Source: Octopus sinensis
Taxonomy: Eukaryota
Length of the DNA stretch: 64,000 nt
Direction: 5' to 3'
Assembly: GCF_006345805.1 (NCBI RefSeq)
Contig: NC_043016.1
Location: 1,116,001 to 1,180,000, forward strand
The notes under the pieces were generated by a model. The model was not told the origin of the DNA. It saw only the letters and a program-made list of their open reading frames with translations, and searched no databases. Shown piece after piece: positions 38,209 to 52,278 of this stretch (position 1 is the stretch's first letter; each line of letters begins with the position of its first letter). The translations under genes were made by a program, and so were the position numbers.

Positions 38209-41200
38209 TGTTCTTTATTAGCCACACAAGGCTGCACACAGACGGGACAGATTACAAAGTAGAGCTTTTCTTTTTGGGGGAGAGAAAAAAATATAATGGT
38301 GGGTAGGTTTTCGATCGAAAGGGCTCGTAAAAGGGAAAGCAGAAAGAAGAAAAAAAAAAGGAAAAGAAACAAAAAAGAAAAAACGATCAATAGGAATCGT
38401 GTATCACAGTGTCATGATGTAAGATGTAAAGTGGGAAGCAGATAAGGCTTATCCATGGAAAGAAAAGCCTACGGAAAAGACCACGGTAACCTCGAGCAAT
38501 ATTGTTACATTTTACCACATTTATTTGCAAGTAGGTAACCCTCTGTTTTCAATTTCCGGGTTCATAGGATTATACTTAAGGTGGCTTCGTCATTCATACG
38601 TGCCATTCTTGCTACATTCACCCATCTTTTTTTAAAACATTCGCTAGACAAAACTTGCCTCTCTACTCTCACTTTTCTTTTCAAGTGATACTTGAAAAAG
38701 TTGATTGAGAGATTGACCAGAGAGGAATGTGTTCGTCTCCAATCCTTTGAGACGCGTCCACCAGATACATTCTTTCGCCATAGCCACAAGTATGATAAAA
38801 ATAGCTCTTCCTTCCCGTTTGAAGGAAGGAGGCGTGACAATATTGACGATAGACCTACTCGTACCACACGTGACAGCAGTTGTTCGACATAAGCCCACAG
38901 GTCGGAAATTGTTGGACGCTGCACGAGTGCGTGCAGAACGGTTTCGTCGCTCTGACCGCATCTCGGGCAGGTCGGCCCCATGTTTCTCGAGCCGTGTCTG
39001 TAGAGCTTATCCCGAACGGGTAGCGCTTCTCGGTAGCACTGCCAGGCCAGGGATCTCTGGAAGTTGTCCATGGGCCCTGGCCCGAAAGTCGTCCTGAACA
39101 GGCGAGTTAGGTATTCCTCGTCGACGTCCAGGTTCGCCCCGAGCTCGTCGTCTTACCTCCGCTCCAATAATTCCCTATAGAATGGTTGAGTTGTGTTGAA
39201 ATACCTCAAGGTTGACCCGGGACGGCATAGTTGCTTGAGAGCAACGCAACACTCGCGGTCCCATTCGCCCTTTCTCGGCCTGTTTTTGATCCACGACTGC
39301 AGTTCGGTCATGGAGACGAGCTGCGGGAACGCGTGCCTCACAAACGGTGACCACACCTGTTCACCGTCGTCTACATAGAGCCAGAGATGTCGCAGTCTCA
39401 GCGCGTGTCTGCGCATCATCAACCACGGCATGCCCAGCCATCCTTTTAATGGGTGTTGACAGCAAATAGATCGTCTGGCCATCGGGATGCATCCTTTCCA
39501 CAAGAAGCGGAAGAGAATGCGTTCTAGTTTGGTGATGGAAGGTTCGGGACAAGGCACGACGGTCAGGCGGTAGTAGATGACGGACGCGATGTACGTGTTC
39601 GCCACCTCCGTCCGACCTTTTAGGGAGTTTTCTCTCGGCCTGGTGAGAGTGACCACCCTACTCTTTATCTCGTTCCAGTTCTTCTCCATTTGGAGGTCCG
39701 GACCAAACCAGACCCCGAGCAACTCGACCGGACCGTCGGTCCAGCGTCCTACGACGGAAGCGCTAGTGGACGGCATGGGCTTGCTTCTACAGGTGGCGAG
39801 TCACAAACCCACTGACTTTCCCCGGTTGATTTTCGCTCCTGTCACCGCTTCGTAGTTTTTCAGTGTCTCGCCGACCTGCTCGATGTGCTCGTGGCCGGAC
39901 ACTATGACGGTGAGGTCGTCCGCGTATGCAGACACGCTCATCCCGCATCCCAATTCTCGCGGGATGCCCCACAGAGTTGCCAGCTTCCACAATAGTGGCT
40001 AATAGAGAAGCGACGAGAGGGGGCATCCCTGACGGACCGAAAGTGCAATGTCGAAAGATCTCGACAGATGTCCATTTACGCGAACTACCGAGTGGATACC
40101 TCTGTACAAAGCGGATATTCAGCCGCGGAAGACGCGATCGAAACCAGCCTCTCTCAGCGAATGTCTCCAAGTATCGATGATCTACCCTATCGAAAGCTTT
40201 CGATTGATTCAAATTGATCAGCGCCCCACCCATGCCAGGTTCCTTAACTACTCTGTCTATGATGTAGCGCATCAGATGGAGGTTGTCATGGATGCTCCGG
40301 CCCGACACGGCGCACGTTTGCGCCTTGTCGACCAGTTTCTCGATGACAAGCGCCAACCCCTTGACTAACACCTTGGCCAAAATTTTCAAGTCTTCATTAA
40401 GCAGAGTGATGGGCCTAAAGTTGTCTATTACATTCCCCTTGTTTAGATCTTTCTTCAGCAGTGTCACGGCTCCTCGGCTCACAAAACCAGGAATGCTCCC
40501 GTTTTGCTGCCAGTTTCAGTACACCGCTGCCAAGACGTATCCAAACAAGTCTGGCATAAAACTGTAAAGCTCGTAGGGTAGACCATCCAAACCCGGCGAT
40601 TTGTCTCTCGAGCATTCTGCTATCGCGTCCTACACTTCCGCCGCCGTGATGGCCCCTTCGCAGCGCCCTGCCTCTCTTGTTGAGAGTCGTGGTAGGCTGT
40701 GTAGGTAGGCACTGAAGTCCACCCTATGTTCTTTCCCGCCACTCGTCCGGAACAGTCGGGCAAAATGCTGTTGAAAGGCCTCACACATTTTATTTGGCTC
40801 GAGCAATTCGCGCCCCTGTTCATCTACCAGAGACCGAATAGTGGATTTGTTGCCCTGTTGCGCCTCTGCCACCCGGACTTCTCTCACGGCTCCAACACCT
40901 TCGTTCCTTAGAGCACGCATCCTAGCTCTGACAACACAGACTTCGTGTTTGGCGTTGAAGTGTTGGTCGAGGGCCAACCTCCCCGCCAAAACGTCGCATG
41001 CGATGCCGCTTCTAATTGCCTCTTCAAGCTTTTTGACTAGCTCACCCTCTACTCTGTTTCTATCTATGGCTAGTGCTTTGCTGTACCTAATCGCTTCTGC
41101 TTTTACTGCTCTCTTGAGAGCAAACCACCATGTGTTGTTGATTATGGCTCCCGTCAAAGCCATCTTTACTAGTGTGCTAATCCGGTCTCTGAAAACCTGC

Positions 41201-44082
41201 CTCGATGGGAAAGACGCGTTTAGTTTACAGTATCCGGGACCCTGTCTATGTGTCTTACCTAAGTCTAACGTACTTGTCGCAAGTTTGTGATCCTTGTAGC
41301 TGACTATGTAGAATTCAGGATATCCTACGCTATCTCTATCTACTGTCCTACACAGTATCCTATCTAGATACGATCTCGACGACCCGATGCGGTTGCTCCA
41401 TGTCCACGTTGGCGCATTCGGGTGGTCAAGTCGGTACCTGTCAGACAGTTGAAAGTGTCTGAGCAGGTCTCTGAGGCATTTGCATCCCCGTCTATTCCTA
41501 TCTCTGCCCACGTAGTCTACATGCGTGTCCAAGGTAGCATTCCAATCTCCCACTAAGAGTAAAGGACGAGACGTTCCCAAGAATACTTCTAGACGTAGAA
41601 AGAAATCCACCCGACCTGTTAAGGGTGGTGCGTAGACTGATACGAGTCAAAAAGCGCACCCATTGCTGCCGTCGACATGCAGGACGACCAGTCTACTCAC
41701 GGGGTCTACGAATATTGTCTTTACTTTGAGATCCAGACTCTTGCGAAAAAGTACCACGGTGTCACTACCGCCCATTGTTCGCAGACAGGGGGGAAAATAA
41801 ATGCTGAACTGTCCGCCAAACATGGTCTTTAGGGCCCGCGGATTGTGGAGTCTGGTCTCACTTATGGCTATGATTTCTAACTTGTCATTTAAGAGATACC
41901 CTTATTTCCAAGGGGAATCCAAACCACGCGCATTTACATAACCAGTCTTGATCATAATCCTAGTGAATTAGAATACAAGCGAACAGAGGGTTACTTACTG
42001 TTCGAAGGTTTTTGCTTTCTCCTCCTTTGGTTTGTCCTCGAGGAGATCCCTGTAAAATTTCTTTATGAGGTATTTTTGGCATTTACCAACCGCACTGTGG
42101 AAAATGCCTTTTACTGTGTGGTGCAGACTTCTGGATATATGTAATATTTTGATGTGATCCGGTGGTGTTGTGTATGGGTGATTGTTTGTTTTTATTTCAT
42201 CTTCTGTTATGTTTGTTTTAGATTTGATGCATTCCATCAAATTTGTGTTTTTGGTGTCTATAGCTGTGAGCATGTTTGCTGTATATATTTTTGTGGTGTT
42301 GGTGTGGCTGTTGTTTGTGGCGGGTTTCGAGATGTCTTCGGGAGGTGTATATCCCCCTGCTTTGTTTGTGTTTGCTGGTTTCGTCTTCCGACGAATTTTC
42401 TGAGGAGTCAGAAGGGTGTAGGGGTATGTTGTAGGCTTCTATGTATATCTGTGTAAGTGGTTGTGTTGTTGTTTTCGTTGCTGTTGTTTGTGAGTGTTTG
42501 TATGTGGTGAGTGCGGTATAGGGGATGGGGAATAAGTTTTTGTATATTTTCTTTGTTTTTCTGTTCCTTTGGTTCTTGCTGTTGTTGGTGATGTTGGTAT
42601 TTTCTCAGGTGTTTTCTTAGGTGTTGTATAATTTTTGGTTGGTGATGGATTAGCTTGGTGTGCTTCTCTTGTCATCTTCTGTGTTGATGGTGGTGTGGGT
42701 AGTAGAGCTTTTTTCTCGGAGTGTTTTGGTTGTGGTAGTGGTTGTTGTTGTTGCTCTTGTTGTGCCGTGGTTGGACACTTCTTTTTCAAATGTGTTTCGC
42801 TTCCGCACAAATAGCAACGTGGTCGCCTGCCCTCCACCACTACACAGGGTTTGTAGCCTTCTGGCAGTTCTATAGTGGTGGGTATCTTTTCTCTTGTTGT
42901 TTCATCCAATTGAAGGAGGAATTGGATTGATTTTCCCACCCAGTTTTTCTGTTCTAGAATAACGATTTGAAGAATGTTTGTCTCTGACATTTCAAAGCAG
43001 ATGGCAGAAACTAACCATTGTATTTCGAATCCACGTGGTACATTTTTATTTGCATTTCGTCACCCTCTGGCCTAAATAGGTTGGTATCATCACCAAGTCG
43101 TCTGAATGCAGCTCCGATGTGGAAAATCGTTTTGCTAGATTTTCGTTGAGGAAACGTACTTGGACTGTGCCAAATTTATTTCCCCAACTAATATACTCTT
43201 TTGAATCCTATGCAGAACGATGGCATTTTTCAATTTTTTGCTGCGGTGCATTTTCTGGTCGTCTTGTTTTCTTGTTGATGTCTTTGTAAATTATTGTTTT
43301 TTGTGTGTGTTTTCCACGATGTATTGTGGAATGTGAAGATGCAATTTATCTCCTTTGGTGAAGAGTGCTTTTGTGAGGTTTGTTTCATGTGTGGCGAATT
43401 TTACGATTGTCCGATTTTGTTTTGTCGCTTCCGCAAATTCGTTTTAATTTTGGTGGTGTTAACAGCAGATGAGTTAGTTGTTGCAGTTGAAGTCGTGGTA
43501 GTGGTGTTGGTGTTGGCGTTGTTGTCTTTTGTAGGCGTCTTTGTGCTGATTTCGTTGTTGTTGTTGTTGGTAGTGATGGTGGTGGTACTGGCATTTATGT
43601 TTGTGTCTGTATTCGTTTTTGAAATCCTTTTCTCCCTCCTTTTTTCATCGACAAGTGGTGTAGGGAGTGGGGGAAAATCTAAGTTAATGTCTTTGGTGGC
43701 AGCGATGGTGAATGGTCTTGCGACGTTAGTTTTGTTGTTGTTGGTGATGGTGGTGGTGATAGCGGTGTTCAAGCTGCGAGATTTAGCAGCTAATGGCAGC
43801 AATAGTGTTTCGCTACCGTTCCGCATGACTGGCGGGCTAGCCACGTGGTTTCTAGTTGCCATTTTCAAAATGAAAAATGGCTAAAAAGAACCCACGAAAG
43901 TTTTGGAAATTTTTTGGTAATTTCGCCCATACAGGGGCGGAATTCTACGTGAATAATTCTCAGGTTTTTTAGTGAATGAACTTGCACAACGATTAAAACA
44001 AAATATTTTACAACAAGGGGTTTTAAACATGTAACAGTGGCCAACTTACGAGGAGCCCATTTGACTAGTGTCCATCCATGTC
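38209..44082 (-). mobile_element. Tx1-like LINE copy G, full length, same subfamily as C
   Basis: ORF1 43862->~41996 (CYLCGSETHLKKKC), ORF2 41955->38562, start GACATGGA. Confidence 0.93.
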
Positions 44083-44083
44083 A

Positions 44084-44291
<208 letters not shown>

Positions 44292-44644
44292 TGCTTCCCT
44301 CGTGTTTTGATAGTAGTAAACAGTTTATTCATGTTTATTACAATGTACAATTACAAACATTTCTAAACGACACACACTTTCTTTGAGGTACCCGGAGAAA
44401 AAAGGAAAGCAAACTCTATCGTACATCATGTCAAGGAAGGCACAGCAAATTTTATGACTCTGTAGCTAGACGCCAAATTTTCCAAACCATATTGTGTAGA
44501 GTCTGGACCATGCTACTTGTGCACTTTTAAAGTATTTTTCATATTATTAATGTATCATCTCTACTTCTTAAATTTTAGAAGTTGACTATTTCGTCACCAT
44601 GCGACTCCTCCAAATTTGTCCTGCGAAACTTTACTGTTAGTTGC

Positions 44645-44960
44645 CATCGATGGTGGTAGCGGCATTACCTTCTATCCGAGTAGTTAATCTGGAACGAGTG
44701 ATTGAGTCTTTTCATCCTGATGGATGCCAATGGTGACAGTGCCTATTCAGACTAAGAGTCGTATAGAGCAGCCGGAGGCATTTATCGCAAGGAAGTGTTG
44801 GCGAGGGACGAGGAACGGTGGTTTGCTTTTTGTGTGTTCGACGTCTGGTATATGCCTCTTGACGTCTGTTCTTTCCTATTTTATCCGTTCCCTTGACGAT
44901 AGCATGCGCCACTTTGGGCGTTCCCTGACGATTTTCTCCCAAGTATTTGGGGTAATATAA
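44645..44960 (-). mobile_element. RTE (BovB-like) 3' fragment
   Basis: Basic helix followed by CDKC...H..H (LPCDKCLRLLYTTLSLNRHCHH), resembling RTE ORF C-termini. Confidence 0.5.
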
Positions 44961-45942
44961 AAGTACAATATATACTAATATTATAGTATTATAATACTAT
45001 CATATAGACAGATTGTTTTTGAAATGCTACAATCTTCATCATAATTGTTTCGGCATAGCACATTACTCTGCAAGTTTACTCCAATCTTCTATAAATTAGT
45101 TTAACTTAATGCTAAATTTAGAAACTTTAACTTTAGTTAAAATTTAAATTCTAACCCATTTATTAATTTAAAACCTGAATAATCAGGTCGAACTGATTTT
45201 ATATCTAATTTTCAACAACTTTAATTTGACATCCCATTTGTAACAACATTTCTGAATCTATCAATATCATATATCTTGATAATAAGAGCTTTCATGACGT
45301 CTATTATATGAATAAAAATAGTATACTTTCATTTTCAAACATTATTACCCCACATATGCTAGATTAAAAACTGAAAATTACTGTTTTAGACTGACCCGTG
45401 TCCATGAAACGCTCATATCAAAATGCAACACAATGGCCGGAGAATATCTAACCTATATACAATGCTAATATGGTAATGAGTACTGACCCCTGTTTGTGAC
45501 TGTCCTTCTTCCAAATTTGGCAATACAATACCCATACTGCAACTGCTATTACTACTACTACTCCCTTTCTCCCATCCCCTTGTAAGCAGTCTTCCCTGCT
45601 CTTTATTCTACTTGAACATCCCAATCTTCTTCCACCTTCCCCACACAATGGCCATTCCTCAAGTGCTCTGCTTCTTATTTCCAGCAATGGCTCTGACGAA
45701 AGCAGCATTAATTTTCTTAGGTAATTCAATTTACTTCAATTGATCAATAGACCAATTGAGTAAACCTATCAGTAATGTACCTATAATGACTACTGGAAGC
45801 AGCTGTGAGTCAAGTTTGCTCCAATATGTATGTATATATGTGTGTGTGTGTGTTCATGTGAGTGTGTGTGTGTGTGTGTGTGCGGATATCTGGTTTAAAC
45901 ATCTCTTTTACTGTTTTACTGTTTTACTTATTTCAGTCATTT

Positions 45943-46139
45943 GACTGTGGCCATGCTGGAGCACCGCCTTTAGTCGAGCAAATCGACCCCAGGATTTATT
46001 CTTTGTAAGCCTAGTACTTATTCTATCGGTCTCTTTTGCCGAACCGCTAAGTTACGGGGACGTAAACACACCAGCATCGGTTGTCAAGCGATGTTGGGTT
46101 GACAAACACAGACACACAAATATGTACATACTCATACAC

Positions 46140-46179
<40 letters not shown>

Positions 46180-46327
46180 ATATATGCGGCGGGCTTCTTT
46201 CAGTTTCCGTCTACCAAATCCACTCACAAGTCTTTGGTCAGCCCGAGGCTATAATAGAAGACACTTGCCCAAGGTGCCACGAAGCGGGACTGCATCCGGG
46301 ACCATGTGGCTGGTAAGTAAGCTACTT
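45943..46327 (-). mobile_element. SINE of the 24792 family, 3' portion, interrupted by an insertion
   Basis: Reverse complement of the SINE body. Its head continues at 48264-48301. Confidence 0.85.
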
Positions 46328-48263
46328 TATTTCATAAATTTGTCATAGAGACAGTACAAAGAGCTTTGCGGGCTGGACAAATACATTAATGAATGAAAAT
46401 CAAATAGAATGAATAAATGAGACGAAACCTAACACCCGCCGATTGGATTTTTCTCGAAAACATATTTTCTTTTTTTTTTTTAAATCAATATGAGGTTTCG
46501 AACCTCTTACAAGAGGGAGGCACTAAAACCTCTTACTTAACATGTTTTCTTTTTTTTTCTTAAAGCACAAAATTGAGGTTATAAACCACTACAAAATAAT
46601 CCAATAAGACGAGGTTTCAAACCCTGTAACGAGGGTGTTTCACCTCCTACTCTTCGATATATCCATCAATATATTCATCATTATCTTCAATGCCGCTTGA
46701 GTTCCTGTATCCCACCATTTCCCATGCCTCACTCACGTAGGACACGCAAGTCGTGTAAGGACCACTCGGCCATATGCGACACTCCTCCCCAAATCCTTTA
46801 AGCCCACAAGGGAAACCTTATGACCTCCACAGCTATCTGCGGGGGCCATTCGGGATCCCGTGTGAAGGGCATATCTACTGTTTCTTTGTGTTGTTCTACT
46901 ATTTTTTCCACCCCCCGCCCTTGTAGAAAAAGATAATTAATTGATCATCTTTAAGGGTGGGGGTGGTTTCTTCCACCGTAGGTGGTACAACTTCGGGACA
47001 TGCAGTCGGCACATCATCTCCCCGCTGAGATGACCCGTCTTCCGAAGCCTTAGGTTCCTTCGGCGGGCAACTATTGTTGCCCATCTTCTTCCTTTTTAAT
47101 CCTTTTTGAGTTGAGGAGGCTGAAGCCTCCTCGACCACATCCACCTCTCCCTTTGACCGGGTAGTGGAGGTAGCATCTAGTGACTGTTCCAGGACCATAC
47201 CATAGTCCTGGGGGCAGTTCCTTTTAATGTGGCCTGGCTGCAGGCACGAGTGACACTTTGGGAGACGTCCCTCAAGTATCACCGGATACCTGCAGCCAGC
47301 CATTTTCAAGAAATCTGGAAAAACCAGTTCTGTTGCGGCCGATGGGGTCCACAGGGTCAAAATCGCTTTTGACCCTTCCCAATCGACCGCCGGCAATACT
47401 CTTACATTTAAGAGCCCGCCATCTCCCAGTCCCCGTCGGATGGTATCTTCAATCCAATCCGCTTCGGTGCCCGGGGGGAGCCCACATATCCAGGCTTGTA
47501 TTAATTTTCTTCTACAATATCACGGGAGAAACAGGATTTCCTTGCCTTCTAAAGGCTGACTCGCAAACTGACAAGCTTTTTCCCTGTTGTCAAACAGCAA
47601 CCATACGGTTGCATGTTTGACACCACGGGATATATATTTTACAGAGGACAAATGTTCTTTAAGTTCATTTTTTATGACTTGTTTTGGCAAGACGGTGATG
47701 GAATTAAGAACTTTAGAATACGTTCTAAGTACCACCGTCTTCTCTTCCATACCTTTTAACCATTGCTTAGGCGGGTTAATTTCCCACTCTAAGACAGAGT
47801 TTTTCTTTTTAAATCCTTCTCTGCCATGCCAAAAAACAGTTCAAAAGTAGTTCAAAAGACAGTCTGCCAAAAAATTAAACCGAATAAAAATAAAACAAAA
47901 TAAAGGGGAGGGGAGGAAACTGAAATTAAAGTAATGAAAAGAATAAACCAAAATTTAGAAAGAAAGAAATAATAGAAGGGAAAAGTAAAAGAAAAATCTC
48001 ACAAATAGCACAGACAGATAATCCAAAAAGGTAATCCAAATGGCTTATTCTTATTTTTCTGGCGAGATACACCCACTAGAATTCACAAGAAGAATTTTCA
48101 AAAAATTTCTCAATTTACCGTGACGGTGCTGAGAACCCAGTATTTTGCTCGTTATAGCGAGCCATAATTGACAATTTTTCTTTTTGTTCTTTTTTTCTGT
48201 TCGCGGAGCCGAAACTCACATCTGCTCACTGTAGCAGTCCAGACCAACTAGTGTTGCATTCTG
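46328..48263 (-). mobile_element. ORF1-only (HAL1-like) non-autonomous retroelement
   Basis: ~1.94 kb bounded by the direct repeat GGTAAG(T/C)AAGCTACTT. Encodes only a gag-like ORF1 and shows no EN or RT motifs. Confidence 0.75.
46647..47827 (-). pseudogene. ORF1-like protein with CCHC knuckle, frameshifted
   Basis: VILEGRLPKCHSCLQPGHIKRNC parallels VVVEGRRPRCYLCGSETHLKKTC of the autonomous ORF1s. Confidence 0.75.
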
Positions 48264-48301
48264 GGTAAGCAAGCTACTTACCATACAGCCACTTCTACGC
48301 C
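48264..48301 (-). mobile_element. 5' head of the interrupted SINE
   Basis: Reverse complement GGCGTAGAAGTGGCTGTATGGTAAGTAGCTTGCTTACC matches the head at 24792. Confidence 0.85.
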
Positions 48302-48327
48302 TCATACTTTTTTTTTATTTAGGCGTG

Positions 48328-48738
48328 TTTTCAGAAAATGTTTGCGAATTTATGTTCTACACTCGGGAATTCATAAGATTATGAAAACAACATTTTTTGC
48401 ATATGGTTTAATATCGATTTAGCTGTTATTTGTAGCATTTTTCACGACCACGTGATGCCTTCCTCGTTTCGTTGTCACTCCCAATATTTCAATATTTTTC
48501 TCTTCATAAACACATTTTATGGAATGATGATGCACGCAAGGGCGGATTTTATCAAAAAATTCACACTTTCCGTATTTCAAACTGTGACTAAAAAAAGGAA
48601 AATTCGAAGAAGAGGGGAACTTTTAGGAATTATGAAGGGTAAAGGGTTTAAAAAATTCAAATTAGAAAACGTTTATTGTTTTAATAATCGTACGAACTCC
48701 ATTGTATAAAACACAAATTTGCAAAAATGTTCTGAAAA
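48328..48738. mobile_element. Possible old MITE with degenerate ~36-bp inverted repeats
   Basis: TTTTCAGAAAATGTTTGCGAATTT... versus the reverse complement of ...AAATTTGCAAAAATGTTCTGAAAA. Confidence 0.35.
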
Positions 48739-49167
48739 TTCTCAAAGATAAAAGAACTTATTGAGGGTTTAACTGTGGCGCTTGAACCAGGATCCCACTA
48801 GAAGATCTTGCTTAAATTCCAGTAATTGACTACCCTTGGGTGCATCATCATTCCACAAATGTGCTTATGGGGAGAAAATTATTGAAAAATATCAGAATGA
48901 CAAAGTAACGAAGAAGGATCATGCGGTCGGGAGATGTGCTAAAAATACAGCTAAGAAGCCCTACATATATATTCTTTTATTCTTTTATTTGTTTCAGTAA
49001 TGTGACTGAGGCCATGCTGGAGCACCATATATATATATATATTATAACTAATAATGTGAGAGTAATAAAAAGCTTTAGAAATTTTTACTACCAGTGGCCT
49101 AGCGTGTAAAAAAATTTGTCAGTAGACTATATATTATTCATATAAATACAATGTACATTTAAATACA

Positions 49168-49468
49168 TAAGAGGTATCCGTCATAGGATTCCTTGCACGC
49201 TAGAAGGAACAGCTAAAATGCAAACCACTGTTAGGAATAAACTTCGAAGTGAATGAAAAATAAAAATTTTACCATCTATCTCCTGGACCATGGTTTCAGA
49301 CTTTTTTTAGACTTATATTTGCTAAAAAAAAGTCTGAACCATGGTCCAGGAGATAGATGGTAAATATTTATTTTTCATTCCCTTCGAAGTTTATCCCTAA
49401 CAGCGGCTTGGATTTTAGCTGTTCCTTCTGGTGTGCAAGGAATCCTATGATATGACCGATACCTCTTA
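49168..49468. mobile_element. Foldback MITE, ~300 bp, almost fully palindromic, TA flanks
   Basis: TA-AGAGGTATC...GATACCTCT-TA. Arms of ~140 bp pair across the whole length. Confidence 0.85.
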
Positions 49469-52065
49469 TATATATATATAAGTTAAGCAAAATTTAGATT
49501 CAAAGAATATGGTACTTAAGTTAGATGCACCAGAATTTTGTATGGTGTTATCCATATAAATCCATGGGGTGATTAAATAAAAAAAATAAGCAACAAGAAT
49601 AACTTCGGTAATTTGGTACGATCGTTTCAAGCTACATCATTTTATAAATATTGTAAGTTTTACAACAGTTTCAAAATGTTGAGCATCATCAGCCATTAAT
49701 AGAGGTTTCCCATTAATACATAATTTTCATATCAATTGATAACATTATAGAGAAGGTAGATATATAGACAAAAATGTTGATTTGAATTTTAAGAACATTA
49801 AGGTAGTAGAGTTTACCAACTGACTGAAAAATATTCAGAATATTCAGTTATTTTGAACTGCTAGAAGGTTGGGAAGAATGATCAGTTGAAAGAAGACAAA
49901 AAAGGTTTTCTATTTATAGATATAGGGTTGAAATAGATGTCAGATGTTCTTTATAAAGAAATTAAGGTAGAGAGGGGGTTGTAATGCTATAGAGGCTGTT
50001 TATTACTATTTGGCAAACAGATTTTGTATTAGGAAAACCAGGTTAATGTCAGATGGTCACAGTGACCACTTATAGAGAATACAGAGATCCTTTTATATTT
50101 ATATACATCAACTTTATACTTAGCTGATAGGTTTTGAATATTTTGATACGTTGGATTAAAGGAGAAATTATGAATCTAATGTTTATTCATTTTGGAGAAA
50201 AATCTATCACTTAATGAGTAGGGATAATACTCAATATCTGAGGACAAAAGTCTTATTAATCAAGTGAATATTTTAGGGGTCAAATATATAATAGAAAAAC
50301 TGGAAGAGGAGTAATCAAGAAGAATAGTTTTCATAAGTTTAGTAGGTGATTTATTTTTATGAAGAGAAGTAATTAAGAAGAGTAAGTTACTCAGATTACG
50401 TAGATAGTGAATTGTTATTAATGAATTAAAATATAGAATCCGTATTTACTACCCGCGGAGAAAGGCTAATTAGATAAAAATATCCTAGGTTAATAATATA
50501 TTAAGAAATGGAAGTGAGGTAATCAAGGTGAACTGAGTAGTTTGTTTAGGGACATAGAATTTATACTATTTAGTATAGTAGATTATCTTTCTATCTGTGT
50601 GTGTCTCTCTCTCCCTCTTCATTCTTTACTCTCTTTCGTTGATCATACATGACCACCATCCATCATTCCTTTCCTCACGTGACCATCTTTCTTTTCCTTC
50701 AGTCTGTCGCGCAGTCCAGGCGCGTTCTTATCTATCTCCTTTTCTTTGTTTTCTCTTATCAAAGAATCTTCTCCCAGCGCTCGCTACCTTAACTCAACTG
50801 GCCTAACAGTCATTCCTGTATATTTTCGCTTCGTTTGGTTTGTTGTATGTCCTGCTTTTGTTACCAACTTTTACCCTCAGCAAATCCCAAATTTTATTTT
50901 GGTTCGCGGAAGCAACTGCCTGCAAAGTCTTATATTGTCGTTTAATGCTGGAAATAAGGAGTAGAAGGTCAGCCGACAAATGACGAAGGGTCATCTTTTT
51001 ATGTTACTTGCCTTGTTTACCATTTTTTCTCTCGTTCTTTGCGTTCCCAACCTTATTTTCGTATTTCATGTTCTGTAGGTTTTGTGACGTCCTGTACCAT
51101 ATATGCATACCTATATACATATATATGTATGTATGTATGTACATATATGATATATGCATATATATATATATATATATATATACCAGCTTCAGGTGACCCG
51201 CTCTACGCGCGGGTAAGTGTGTGGTTGTTACTTTCTGTTGCTTCCTTTCTGTTTTTTATCACCACATTCTTCCTCTTTGTTTCTCTCTCCTTTCTCTCTC
51301 ACTCTCCCACTCTCTTACTCTTCCTTTCTCTCGAACTCTCCCTCGCTTTCTCTTACTCTTTATCTTTCTCTATCTATCTCTCTCTCATTTATAAACAACA
51401 AAAGTTGGGAAATAAAATATTTTGAAAGATCAATCATAAATATCAGGCAGTGACAACGGAAAGGTCTGCTTCTAGGCAGAAAGCAAAACACTAACATTTA
51501 AAAGAGACAGACGAACTTGCGAGCCGAATAATAACATTTTAAAATATTAGAAACCAAAGTTTGAAGGGATAGAATCTGAGGAAAGTAGAGTCACCATGGC
51601 TGGCATTTCTTAACGACGGACAGCAACGTAGTGGCAGTTTAACGGCTGGCGCACAATTTCGAACTTGATGTAAAAGAAAATTCCTAAACGCCAAGTTTTG
51701 AAGTGATTCTTTCTCACGACAGTAGACTCACACTGGCAAGCATTTAAAACTTCTTTATGATGGACGGCAACACATTGAAGATTTAAAGGCTGGCGCAAAT
51801 TTTTTAGCTTGATGTAACAGAGAATTGCTAAATACCCGCTCCTGTAAATTTGGATCCCCTTCCAGCCCCATTTAGACCCCTTTTCACATTTTGGTTAATA
51901 TAACCCGATTTCATTCGGGTCTACTCGGGCCACATTTATAAGATGAGGAATTTGTCCTAGAGGACAAAATTTTGGCCTTTCATTTGAGGAAAAAAATAGT
52001 TGGCATGCAAACTCTCCTGTACTTTTATAGGTGCGCATATTTTCAGCTCAACCGACCACATAATG

Positions 52066-52072
52066 TACACAT

Positions 52073-52133
<61 letters not shown>

Positions 52134-52163
52134 TATACACACATTATATATATATATATATAT

Positions 52164-52230
<67 letters not shown>

Positions 52231-52278
52231 AATATATATATAGATATATATATATATATAGAACACACACACACATAT
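52066..52278. repeat. (TA)n microsatellite
   Basis: Dinucleotide repeat. Confidence 0.95.

Noticed and set aside
45448-45729. 93-aa minus-strand ORF faintly like a LINE ORF2 C-terminus
   Set aside because: No diagnostic motif, too weak to call.
49690-50580. Possible ancient RT remnant (minus strand INGKPLLMADDA near 49690-49735)
   Set aside because: A single short motif in very AT-rich, stop-ridden sequence. It needs a profile search.
51560-51975. Two similar ~50-bp blocks (GGCTGGCGCA...CTTGATGTAA) resembling transposon subterminal repeats
   Set aside because: No termini, TSD or transposase found.
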